A model generated the notes under the pieces. The model saw only the letters and a program-made list of their open reading frames with translations, searched no databases and was not told where the DNA came from. From contig CAYMYV010000001.1 of NCBI GenBank assembly GCA_964394775.1, positions 1 to 41,894 on the forward strand: a stretch of DNA of 41,894 nucleotides, given 5' to 3'. Made by a program: the position numbers and the translations under genes. This DNA comes from an uncultured Lachnobacterium sp. GTDB taxonomy: Bacteria; Bacillota; Clostridia; Lachnospirales; Lachnospiraceae. Position 1 is the first letter of the stretch; the number at the start of each line of letters is the position of its first letter. Below are positions 1-8,496 of this stretch, one piece after another.

Positions 1-654
1 ACCACCAACGAACCAAAGCTGACCCTAGGGTCTTTTGCGGTGTTAAAGGTAAAGGAGGTTGGCAAAATCGGAGCGTTCCTGGATTGGGGATTGGAAAAGG
101 ATTTGTTCCTTCCATTTAAAGAGATGCGCCAGAGAGTTCAGCCGGAGGATGAGGTTTTAGTAACTCTCTACATTGACAAGAGCGAGCGTTTATGTGCAAG
201 CATGAAGGGCTTGTACAATCTCTTAGCAACCGATTCTCCTTATAAGAGTGGAGATATGGTAACAGGACGTGTATACGAGTTTAGTGATAACTTTGGAACC
301 TTCGTGGCAGTAGATGATAAATATTCTGCCCGCATTCCAAATCACGAGGATCACAGCTTCCTTCGTGTAGGGGATATCATTGACGCCAAGGTCGTTAGCG
401 TAAAGCCGGATGGCAAGCTGGATTTGACACTTCGCGAGAAGGCTTATATCCAGATGGATGCAGATGCGGAAAAAATTCTTGAGCTTTTGGAGGATTATGC
501 AGGGGTGCTGCCATTTACAGAAAAAGCAAGTCCTGAGGTTATCAAACGCGAGACAGGTCTTAGCAAAAATGCATTCAAGCGTGCAGTCGGCCATTTATAT
601 AAGGACAGAAAAATTGATATATCGGATGGCAGGATTCGCCTTATTCAGGAATAA
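1..654 (+). CDS. cvfB: S1 RNA-binding domain protein, CvfB/YitL family (5'-truncated by the window edge)
   Basis: Frame 1 is open from base 1. GAFLDWGLEKDLFLP S1 motif; C-terminal winged-helix 'SPEVIKRETGLSKNAFKRAVGHLYK'. Confidence 0.85.
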   Translation, partial: TTNEPKLTLGSFAVLKVKEVGKIGAFLDWGLEKDLFLPFKEMRQRVQPEDEVLVTLYIDKSERLCASMKGLYNLLATDSPYKSGDMVTGRVYEFSDNFGTFVAVDDKYSARIPNHEDHSFLRVGDIIDAKVVSVKPDGKLDLTLREKAYIQMDADAEKILELLEDYAGVLPFTEKASPEVIKRETGLSKNAFKRAVGHLYKDRKIDISDGRIRLIQE

Positions 655-700
655 GACCGGAAGGAAAGAATATACTATATTAAGAAAGAAGGATAAATTT

Positions 701-1075
701 ATGAAAACAATTATCAGTACTACATCAGCACCAGCAGCAATCGGACCATACTCACAGGCGATTGAAGTAAATGGAATGGTTTACACATCCGGTGTGATTC
801 CGGTAAATCCTGCAACAGGTGAGATTCCGGAAGGAACAGTTGCTCAGGCAAATCAGGCACTTACCAATCTTAAGAACCTGTTAGAGGCAGCTGGTACAAG
901 CATGGATAATGTAGTAAAAACAACAGTATTCATTAAGGAAATGAATGAGTTTGGAACCATTAATGAGGTTTATAAGGAATACTTCACCGCAGAGTTTCCG
1001 GCAAGAAGCTGCGTAGAGGTAGCAAGACTTCCAAAGGATGTATTAATGGAAATCGAAGCAATCGCTATCAAATAA
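701..1075 (+). CDS. ridA: RidA/YjgF enamine-imine deaminase
   Basis: APAAIGPYSQA N-terminus and FPARSCVEVARLP motif. ATG at 701 follows GAAGGA; the ORF-track start at 458 overlaps cvfB. Confidence 0.93.
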   Translation: MKTIISTTSAPAAIGPYSQAIEVNGMVYTSGVIPVNPATGEIPEGTVAQANQALTNLKNLLEAAGTSMDNVVKTTVFIKEMNEFGTINEVYKEYFTAEFPARSCVEVARLPKDVLMEIEAIAIK

Positions 1076-1123
1076 GTATAAAAAATACCAAAAAATGGCT
1101 TTTATTTTCGTAATATTTATGGG

Positions 1124-1152
1124 TTGACACTTGTATACCACTTTGCTATAAT
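1124..1152 (+). promoter_or_regulatory. sigma-A promoter of the NlpC/P60 gene
   Basis: TTGACA(1124-1129)-17 nt-TATAAT(1147-1152) with extended TG; perfect consensus. Confidence 0.85.
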
Positions 1153-1166
1153 GTCACCGTAACATT

Positions 1167-1183
1167 TGTAACAAATTTGTAAT
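1167..1183 (+). promoter_or_regulatory. WalR-type direct-repeat box
   Basis: TGTAAC-AAATT-TGTAAT matches TGTWAH-N5-TGTWAH and lies upstream of a cell-wall hydrolase. Confidence 0.6.
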
Positions 1184-1205
1184 ATTTAAACCGTTTGGGG
1201 GAAAT

Positions 1206-2474
1206 ATGATTACTAAGAGATTGAGACTTACAGCTGGCTTTCTTGCAGCAGTACTTACCATTAGCTCTGTTCCGGCAGAGGCATTTATGGGAAGCAATAC
1301 AGCTGAGGTGACAGGATATATTACCGGTGGAACGTATAGCTTTTCTGCTGGTGCACACGCTGCTATTAATGAAACCGTTGTTATGATTGGTGAAGACGAC
1401 GAGCTTCTTGCAGATAATGAAACTGACGTAACAGAAAACGAAGCACCTATCGTTGCAGAACCGGAAGTGGATGAACCTGATTCATCCGATACAATTGTAG
1501 AGGATGAGGTGGAAGCAACACCGGAAGAATCAGAAACACCGGAAGCACCGGTAAATGAGTTTGCAAATATCGCAATTGCAACAGGTATTTCTTCTTATTT
1601 GAATGTTAGAGCAGAAGCAAATTCAGATGCAGAGGTTCTTGGTAAGATGTACAAGAACAATGCAGCAATCGTTTTAGAGCAGGTTGGCGAATGGTATAAG
1701 GTACAGACCGGCAGTATGACAGGTTACATCCATTCCAAATATGTGACAGTTGGTGATGAAGCCGTTTGTAAGGCAGCAGCAACTATTACTGCTAAGATTA
1801 CAACCAACTCACTCCGACTTCGCAAGAAGGCAACTACAGATTCAGGAGTGCATACACTTCTTGGAAAAGGAAATACAGTTACCGTATTAGATGACAGTAT
1901 CGATGGCTGGCTTAAGGTAAAATACAACTCCTATACAGGATATATCGCAGAGGAGTATGCAGATGTAGTTGTGACATATACTTATGGTGAGTCAAAGGAA
2001 GAGGAAGCTGCACGTGAGGCAGCTGAGAAGGCTGCGGCTGAAAAGGAAGCTGCAAAGAAAAAAGCAGAGGAAGAGGCTAAGAAGCAGCAGGCTGCAAGCA
2101 GCAACAAGAACTACAAGAATCCAACAGGATCAGACGGACAGGCCGTTGTTGATTATGCAGTACAGTTTGTCGGAAATAAATACGTGTGGGGCGGCGAAAG
2201 CTTAACCAATGGTGTGGACTGTTCCGGATTTATTATGAAGGTATATGAGAAGTTTGGAATTGATCTTCCACATAGCTCATACAAATTACGTAGTGTAGGT
2301 GTCAAGGTAAGCGAATCTGACCTTCAGCCTGGTGATATCATTTGTTATAGCGGACATGTTGCCCTTTACATTGGAGATGGCAAAATTGTGCATGCGGCAA
2401 ACAAGAAGAAGGGTATCATCATTTCAGACAACTACAAATACAAAAAGATACTTGCAATCAGACGCGTATTATAA
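1206..2474 (+). CDS. Secreted SH3b-SH3b-NlpC/P60 peptidoglycan endopeptidase
   Basis: Signal peptide and acidic linker; two SH3b-like repeats (LNVRAEAN..., LRLRKKAT...); NlpC/P60 motifs YVWGG, DCSGF, HVALY, VHA. Confidence 0.9.
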   Translation: MITKRLRLTAGFLAAVLTISSVPAEAFMGSNTAEVTGYITGGTYSFSAGAHAAINETVVMIGEDDELLADNETDVTENEAPIVAEPEVDEPDSSDTIVEDEVEATPEESETPEAPVNEFANIAIATGISSYLNVRAEANSDAEVLGKMYKNNAAIVLEQVGEWYKVQTGSMTGYIHSKYVTVGDEAVCKAAATITAKITTNSLRLRKKATTDSGVHTLLGKGNTVTVLDDSIDGWLKVKYNSYTGYIAEEYADVVVTYTYGESKEEEAAREAAEKAAAEKEAAKKKAEEEAKKQQAASSNKNYKNPTGSDGQAVVDYAVQFVGNKYVWGGESLTNGVDCSGFIMKVYEKFGIDLPHSSYKLRSVGVKVSESDLQPGDIICYSGHVALYIGDGKIVHAANKKKGIIISDNYKYKKILAIRRVL

Positions 2475-2479
2475 AACAC

Positions 2480-2511
2480 AAAAGCTTCTAGGGTTACCTG
2501 GGAGCTTTTTT
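2480..2511 (+). terminator. Intrinsic terminator
   Basis: AAAAGCTTCTAGG-GTTA-CCTGGGAGCTTTTTT directly after the stop codon. Confidence 0.75.
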
Positions 2512-2518
2512 CCTTATA

Positions 2519-2591
2519 GGAAATTGCGTCGTCAGACGCATCAAATCCCAAGTTCGCTTGCGAACTTGCAAGCGTCAGAATGACGCTTTTT
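2519..2591. repeat. 73-bp dispersed multi-hairpin (REP-like) element, copy 1
   Basis: Three hairpins: TGCGTC/GACGCA, CAAGTTCGC/GCGAACTTG, AAGCGTCA/TGACGCTT. 65/73 identical to 21284-21356. Confidence 0.85.
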
Positions 2592-2767
2592 TTCGATGTA
2601 CGCGTGACGGAACGCAGTTTTTGCTGGGTTAGTGCACGTGATTTGCAAAATGAATGAAGATGAAGGCCTGCTTGCAAAATCTGAAAAAATGTAAAATGTG
2701 CAACTTGCACAAATCGACACAAATTTTAAAAAAGTACTAGACAAGCTTCGGAAATATTCGCAAAATG

Positions 2768-2837
2768 TTATCCACAATTTTAGCGCGAAAAACCCCCAAA
2801 AATCGAGTTATGCACCAAGTTATTCACGTTATCCACA
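2768..2837 (+). promoter_or_regulatory. DnaA-box cluster
   Basis: TTATCCACA at 2768 and 2829 (perfect), TTATGCACC at 2808, TTATTCACG at 2820; all in the same orientation. Confidence 0.7.
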
Positions 2838-3003
2838 AAATTGGGCATAAAATTCACACATTTCAGACACTATAAAAAGAACAACTGTTTTGTGAAGATG
2901 TCATAAACTTTGCTAAAAAATGGTAATTTTTAAAAAATGAATTGACATTTCAAATGTAAAAAAATTATGAAAATTGTCGGAAATTGTCGAACAATTAGCA
3001 GTC

Positions 3004-3032
3004 TTGAGAAAACCGGACTCCTGTGATATACT
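3004..3032 (+). promoter_or_regulatory. Putative sigma-A promoter of yitT
   Basis: TTGAGA-17 nt-TATACT with extended TG. Confidence 0.55.
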
Positions 3033-3078
3033 TAAGAAGCTTTGAGGGGATATGAATCATATAATTCTGAGGTAGGAC

Positions 3079-3957
3079 ATGACAAAAAATATAAAGAATA
3101 GACAATGGTATAAATATTTAATGATTATAATCGGAACCGGAATACTGGCCTTTGGTGTTCAGTGCTTTTATGACCCGGTAGGATTGGTTACCGGAGGCTT
3201 CAGTGGTCTTTCTATTGTAATCAAGCATATTTCCGAGAATTGGATAGAGGGTGGTATTCCATTATGGCTTACCAATATCGGGTTAAACGTACCGGTCTTT
3301 GTCCTGGCATATTTCTTAAAGGGCAAGAAATTTATTGGGAAAACTTTGTTTGGAACCATCATGCTGTCGGTATGGCTATATATCATTCCTATCATTGATA
3401 TGGGAGAAGGCGATTTTATGATTGCTTCGATTTTTGGTGGCGTGTGTGCCGGTGCCGGAATTGGTTTTGTAATTAAGGAAGGTGCTACCACAGGCGGAAC
3501 AGATATGGTATCTGCGCTGGTACAGTTGAAGCTGCGCCACTATTCCATCGTTCAGATTTTGCAGGTAATTGATGCGGCAGTTGTTGTTTTGGGTCTTTTT
3601 GTATTTGGTATGCGCCCAACGTTGTACGCAATCATTGGTATTGTAGTTCAGACAAAAGTGGCAGACATTATAGTAGACGGTTTTAATTATTCAAAAGCAG
3701 CTTATATTATTTCTGACAAGTATGAGATTGTTGCAGAAAAGATTTTAAAGGATTTGGACCGTGGTCTTACGGGATTAGAGGCCCGCGGTATGTACACAGG
3801 CACAGAGAAGAAGGTGCTTATGTGTATTTTGACGCAAAAGGAATTGGTAAATTTAAAGAATCTTGTAAATGAGGTTGACCCGGAGGCTTTTGTGATTGTG
3901 TCAGATGTGCGAGAGGTATTAGGAGAGGGCTTTCAGGAGTACAAAAATGAATTTTAG
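3079..3957 (+). CDS. YitT family membrane protein (C-terminal DUF2179)
   Basis: GLVTGGFSG and GATTGGTD motifs in TM segments; C-terminal 'DPEAFVIVSDVREVLGEGF'. Confidence 0.9.
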   Translation: MTKNIKNRQWYKYLMIIIGTGILAFGVQCFYDPVGLVTGGFSGLSIVIKHISENWIEGGIPLWLTNIGLNVPVFVLAYFLKGKKFIGKTLFGTIMLSVWLYIIPIIDMGEGDFMIASIFGGVCAGAGIGFVIKEGATTGGTDMVSALVQLKLRHYSIVQILQVIDAAVVVLGLFVFGMRPTLYAIIGIVVQTKVADIIVDGFNYSKAAYIISDKYEIVAEKILKDLDRGLTGLEARGMYTGTEKKVLMCILTQKELVNLKNLVNEVDPEAFVIVSDVREVLGEGFQEYKNEF

Positions 3958-3980
3958 TAAAATATTACTATATTTATCAT

Positions 3981-4031
3981 AAAAAGAAAGAGAAAATGCA
4001 TAAAAAATGCACATTTGCTCTTTCTTTTTTT
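3981..4031 (+). terminator. Probable intrinsic terminator after yitT
   Basis: AAAAAGAAAGAG...CTCTTTCTTTTTTT inverted repeat with T-tract. Confidence 0.5.
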
Positions 4032-4100
4032 GTGTTTATGCATTAAAATAGTAAGTGGTATTTATGCAAAACGCAAAAAAGGAGACAAGGAGATAATACT

Positions 4101-5189
4101 ATGATTTCCAATCAAATACTTCAGAATACAATCGATGGATTGAAAACTATAACCAGAACGGACCTTTGTGTCATTGATGTGGAGGGCAAGATTCTTGCAG
4201 CGACATTTCAGGATACAGATAAGTTCATTGCGCCAGCTAAGAGCTTTGTAGGTTCTCCTGCAGATAGTCAGGTGGTGTCGGGATGCCAGTTCTTTAAGGT
4301 GTTTGATGAGCATCAGCTGGAGTATATCCTCTTAGCATATGGCGACAGCGAGGATGTATATATGATTGGTAAAATTGCAAGCTTCCAGATTCAGAATCTC
4401 CTGGTAGCTTACAAAGAACGCTTTGATAAGGATAACTTTATCAAGAATCTCCTGTTGGATAACCTGCTGTTAGTAGATATCTATAACCGTGCGAAGAAAT
4501 TGCATATTGAAACAGAAGTGAAACGTGTCGTATTCATCGTAGAGACGAATCGCGACAAGGATGGAAACGAATTAGAGAAAATCCGTGGTCTTTTCGGAGG
4601 CAAGTCTAAGGACTTTGTAACAGCCGTTGACGAAAAGAACATTATCGTTGTGAAAGAACTAACAGAGAATGAGAGATATGATGACTTGGCAAAAACTGCT
4701 GAAGTAATTATCAATCTCTTCCGCCCAGATGCGGACAACAACGTACACGTTGCCTATGGTACGATTGTAAATGAATTAAAAGAAGTATCTCGTTCTTACA
4801 AAGAAGCACGTATGGCGCTTGATGTAGGTAAGATATTCTTTGAAGACAAAGATGTTATTGCATACTCACAGCTTGGTATTGGACGTTTGATTTATCAGCT
4901 TCCTATTCCACTTTGTAAGATGTTTATCAAAGAGATTTTTGATGGCAAATCACCAGATGATTTTGATGAAGAATTGCTTTCTACCATTAACAAGTTCTTT
5001 GAAAACAGTTTGAACGTATCTGAAACATCTAGACAGTTATACATTCACCGTAATACATTAGTATACCGTTTGGATAAACTTCAGAAGAGCACAGGTCTTG
5101 ATCTTCGTGTGTTTGAAGATGCTATTACATTTAGAATCGCACTTATGGTAGTTAAGTACATGAAGTATATGGAGTCACTTGATTATTAA
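4101..5189 (+). CDS. PucR/CdaR-family transcriptional regulator
   Basis: GGDEF-like middle domain; C-terminal HTH 'NVSETSRQLYIHRNTLVYRLDK'; GGAG RBS. Confidence 0.9.
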   Translation: MISNQILQNTIDGLKTITRTDLCVIDVEGKILAATFQDTDKFIAPAKSFVGSPADSQVVSGCQFFKVFDEHQLEYILLAYGDSEDVYMIGKIASFQIQNLLVAYKERFDKDNFIKNLLLDNLLLVDIYNRAKKLHIETEVKRVVFIVETNRDKDGNELEKIRGLFGGKSKDFVTAVDEKNIIVVKELTENERYDDLAKTAEVIINLFRPDADNNVHVAYGTIVNELKEVSRSYKEARMALDVGKIFFEDKDVIAYSQLGIGRLIYQLPIPLCKMFIKEIFDGKSPDDFDEELLSTINKFFENSLNVSETSRQLYIHRNTLVYRLDKLQKSTGLDLRVFEDAITFRIALMVVKYMKYMESLDY

Positions 5190-5268
5190 ATTTCGCAAAA
5201 GCGAGCTTGAGAAGGTGCGCCCTTCGCACAACGAGCTGCGAAATTTATCTGCAAGCTATGCTTGCAGA
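5188..5268. repeat. Intergenic palindromic (REP-like) element
   Basis: AAATTTCGCA(5188-5197)/TGCGAAATTT(5237-5246) encloses GAAGG/CCTTC, followed by TCTGCAAGC-TAT-GCTTGCAGA. Confidence 0.65.
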
Positions 5269-5291
5269 CGGAATGTAGTAAGGAGATTGTA

Positions 5292-5978
5292 ATGATTAAA
5301 CTGGAACATGTCAGCAAGTCTTATTCTGCAGGGATTCCTGCGCTGAACGATGTTAACCTGGAAATTGAAGATGGCGAATTTGTGTTTGTCGTTGGTAGTA
5401 GCGGTTCCGGAAAATCAACTTTGATTAAGCTCCTCCTAAAGGAGTTAGAGCCAACCGAAGGGTCTATCATAATTAACGGCAAGCATTTACGAAAGATTAG
5501 AAGAAGAAATATTCCAAAATTCCGTAGACAAATTGGAGTGGTGTTTCAGGACTTCCGTTTGTTAAAGGACAGAAATGTATATGAGAACATTGCCTTTGCA
5601 CAGAAGGTAATCGGTGAGCCGAACAAGAAAATCCGTAAAAAAGTATCCGCTATGCTTTCTATGGTAGGTTTGGCAGCAAAGTATCGTTCCTATCCAAAGG
5701 AATTATCTGGTGGAGAGCAGCAGCGAGTTGCGATTGCCAGAGCACTAGTCAATGAGCCAAGTATCCTGCTGGCGGACGAGCCAACTGGAAACCTGGATAG
5801 TAATAACGCATGGGAAATCATGAAATTACTGGAAGAGATAAATGAACGTGGCACTACCGTTATCGTAGTAACCCACAATCTCGATATTGTGAAGCTCATG
5901 AAGAAGCGTGTAATCACTATACAGAAAGGTGTTGTCGTAAACGACAGCAAACGAGGTGATTATGCTTATGAAAATTAA
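5292..5978 (+). CDS. ftsE: Cell division ATP-binding protein FtsE
   Basis: Walker A GSSGSGKST, GVVFQDFRLL, LSGGEQQRVAIARA, ADEPTGNLD. AGGAG RBS before ATG 5292. Confidence 0.95.
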   Translation: MIKLEHVSKSYSAGIPALNDVNLEIEDGEFVFVVGSSGSGKSTLIKLLLKELEPTEGSIIINGKHLRKIRRRNIPKFRRQIGVVFQDFRLLKDRNVYENIAFAQKVIGEPNKKIRKKVSAMLSMVGLAAKYRSYPKELSGGEQQRVAIARALVNEPSILLADEPTGNLDSNNAWEIMKLLEEINERGTTVIVVTHNLDIVKLMKKRVITIQKGVVVNDSKRGDYAYEN

Positions 5979-6873
5979 TACATTTTTCTATTCCATTGGA
6001 CAGGGCTTTAAGAACATTTTCCGAAATGGGATGTTCTCCCTCGCATCAATTGCCACCATGTCTGCCTGTATCTTTATGTTTGGTATTTTCTATATTCTGA
6101 TTGCCAATGTAAATGTAATGGTACAGGGCGTAGAAGAGGGTGTGGCAATTACGGTATTCTTTGAGGAAGGTTTAGAAGAAGAGCGCATCAAAGAAATCGG
6201 TGAAGACATTTCGAAAAGAACGGAAGTAAGAGACGTGGTTTACGTATCCGCGGATGAAGCATGGGAAAGCTTCAAGGATATATATTTTGAAGGAAACGAA
6301 GAATATGCAGCAGGATTTCCGAATAACCCATTAGAAAATCATGCAAACTATGAGGTGTATCTTAATGATGTTTCCCAGCAGACCGGTCTGGTAACCTATA
6401 TTGAGAACATTGAGGGAGTTCGTTCGGTAAAACAGTCGCAGGATGTAGCAGAAACACTTACGCAGTTTAACAAGATATTAAGTCTTTTATCCAGCGGAAT
6501 CATCCTGATTTTGCTATGCGTATCGGTTTTCCTCATTAACAACACGGTTTCTGTTGGTATTTCCGTTCGTAAAGAGGAAATCGGTATCATGAAATTAATC
6601 GGAGCCACTGACTTTTTGGTTCGTTTCCCATTTGTAGTAGAGGGAATTGTGATTGGCCTTCTGGGAGCGGCGATTCCACTGGGAGTACTGTATGTGCTAT
6701 ACGACAAGATTGTGATTTATGTTGCCGAGAAGTTCAGCTTCGTTGGCTCCTTTATGGAGTTTATTGAGCCGGAGGTGTTATTCGAGGGCCTCATACCGGT
6801 TGCATTAGTTCTGGGTGTAGGTATCGGCTTCTTAGGAAGTATCTGGACAATCCGTAAACACTTGAAGGTATAA
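5968..6873 (+). CDS. ftsX: Cell division permease FtsX
   Basis: Four TM segments, 'RKEEIGIMKLIGAT..VRFPFVVEG'; overlaps the ftsE stop. Confidence 0.93.
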   Translation: MKINTFFYSIGQGFKNIFRNGMFSLASIATMSACIFMFGIFYILIANVNVMVQGVEEGVAITVFFEEGLEEERIKEIGEDISKRTEVRDVVYVSADEAWESFKDIYFEGNEEYAAGFPNNPLENHANYEVYLNDVSQQTGLVTYIENIEGVRSVKQSQDVAETLTQFNKILSLLSSGIILILLCVSVFLINNTVSVGISVRKEEIGIMKLIGATDFLVRFPFVVEGIVIGLLGAAIPLGVLYVLYDKIVIYVAEKFSFVGSFMEFIEPEVLFEGLIPVALVLGVGIGFLGSIWTIRKHLKV

Positions 6874-6901
6874 ATGGAATATGGTAATCATTGATTTAAT
6901 G

Positions 6902-6930
6902 AACCGGACACATTGTGTGTCCGGTTTTTT
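6902..6930 (+). terminator. Intrinsic terminator after ftsX
   Basis: AACCGGACACA-TTG-TGTGTCCGGTTTTTT. Confidence 0.85.
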
Positions 6931-6952
6931 GCTTTATTTTATAGTCTTTTCA

Positions 6953-6981
6953 TTGAAAAAACAGGATGAATTACATATAAT
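6953..6981 (+). promoter_or_regulatory. Putative sigma-A promoter of the S41 protease gene
   Basis: TTGAAA-17 nt-TATAAT. Confidence 0.6.
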
Positions 6982-7101
6982 AGTCCTATATGCGCAATAC
7001 TTTTTACATTTTTTCAGAATGTATGATTGGTGTTTGTGATAGAATCACTCGCGTAAGATGGCGGTGTGATAGAAGAATAAGAAAGTAAGCAGGTAAAAAG
7101 A

Positions 7102-8496
7102 ATGAGTGGAAATGAAAATAACATGAATGAAGAAAAAAAATCATGGGAAGTGACAGATTTGAATTCAAATGAAATGCAGGAGGATGTATCTAACCAACTA
7201 AGTGGCAATAGATATGAGGAAACAGACTGGGCAAGCGTAGGTGTTGCGAAGAAAGAAGGCTTTTTTAGTAAGCATAAATTTGCGTTTGGACTTTTTGCGG
7301 GAATTGGATGCGTGCTGCTGGTGCTTTTTGGTGCATTTCAGATTCTTAAGCTGTCAGGTCAGATTATTGTAATCGGCGGAACCGGTGTGCACGAAGTGGA
7401 TAATAGTGATTTGTTGGATTCTGAAACGGTAGAGAAGCTGAATGAAATCTTTACTTATATGAATATTTACTATTATGAGGATTTTGAAATAAGTGACATT
7501 CAGGGCTCCTTGTTTGATGGATTAATGGAAGGCTTGGAGGACCCATATTCCGTATATTATACCCCGGAAGAATATGAGGATTTGATGGTTTCTACATCAG
7601 GAACCTATTATGGTATTGGTGCCGGATTAACGCAGGATCCGGATACCATGCAGGTGACGATTTCCAAAGTATATCGTGGAACTCCTTCCGAGGAGGCAGG
7701 GCTTAAAAACGGCGATATCATCCTCTCTGTCGAAGGTATTGACGCAAGCAGCATTGAGGTGTCAAAGCTGGTACAGGAGATTCGTGGCGATGAAGGTACT
7801 TATGTAGATATGGTTATTTACAGAGAATCTACCGGAGAAACCCTGGAATTTTCAGTGCAGAGAAGAAATGTTGAGCTTCCAAGCATTGAGGGTGAATTGT
7901 TAGATGGCGGAATCGGATATATTCAGATTTTAGAATTCCAGTCCAAGACGGATGAGCAGTTTGTAGAGATGGTAGAGTCCTTAAAGGAGCAGGGCATGAA
8001 AGGAATGATTATTGATGTTCGTGCCAACCCGGGCGGATTATTAAGCAGCGTGGTGAATATGTTAGATTATGTATTGCCATCGGGACTTATCACCTATGTG
8101 GAGGACGCATACGGAAATAAACAGGAGTATACCTCTGGCGCAAGCTGTGTGGATATGCCAATTGTTCTTTTGGTAGATGGAAACAGTGCGAGCGCGTCTG
8201 AGATTTTTGCCGGAGCAATCAAGGATTACGGATACGGAACCCTTGTTGGTGAGACTACCTTTGGAAAAGGCATTGTACAGACCATTATCTCACTTTCCGA
8301 TGGTGATGCAATTAAATTAACTACAGCAAAATACTTTACACCACTTGGAAATTACATTCATGGTGTGGGCATCGAGCCGGATGTTGAAGCAGCATATGAG
8401 TATTCCGGACCGGAAGACGAGGATTATGATAAACAGTATGACAGCCAGTTTATAAAGGCGTTAGAAATTATGAAAGAGAAGCTTGCAGATGAGTAA
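7102..8496 (+). CDS. ctpA: Carboxyl-terminal processing protease (S41A, PDZ)
   Basis: DPYSVY, GIGA PDZ loop, DVRANPGG, SASASEIFAGA, TFGKGIVQ motifs. Confidence 0.92.
   Translation: MSGNENNMNEEKKSWEVTDLNSNEMQEDVSNQLSGNRYEETDWASVGVAKKEGFFSKHKFAFGLFAGIGCVLLVLFGAFQILKLSGQIIVIGGTGVHEVDNSDLLDSETVEKLNEIFTYMNIYYYEDFEISDIQGSLFDGLMEGLEDPYSVYYTPEEYEDLMVSTSGTYYGIGAGLTQDPDTMQVTISKVYRGTPSEEAGLKNGDIILSVEGIDASSIEVSKLVQEIRGDEGTYVDMVIYRESTGETLEFSVQRRNVELPSIEGELLDGGIGYIQILEFQSKTDEQFVEMVESLKEQGMKGMIIDVRANPGGLLSSVVNMLDYVLPSGLITYVEDAYGNKQEYTSGASCVDMPIVLLVDGNSASASEIFAGAIKDYGYGTLVGETTFGKGIVQTIISLSDGDAIKLTTAKYFTPLGNYIHGVGIEPDVEAAYEYSGPEDEDYDKQYDSQFIKALEIMKEKLADE

Noticed and set aside
458..700. Extended N-termini from the ORF track (ridA 458, ftsE 5262, ACT gene 13116, sugar transferase 28685)
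   Set aside because: Downstream starts have clear RBSs and family-typical N-termini; most of the extensions overlap upstream genes or hairpins.
2672..2702. 31-bp similarity to 14904-14934 (TTGCAAA...ATGTAA...TGCA)
   Set aside because: 23/31 identity in very A-rich sequence; cannot be distinguished from chance by eye.
2768..2990. Chromosomal oriC
   Set aside because: Only four boxes and no dnaA, dnaN, rpmH or gidA nearby; kept as a DnaA-box cluster.
2969..2996. CodY box upstream of yitT
   Set aside because: Best match has about four mismatches to AATTTTCWGAAAATT in AT-rich DNA.
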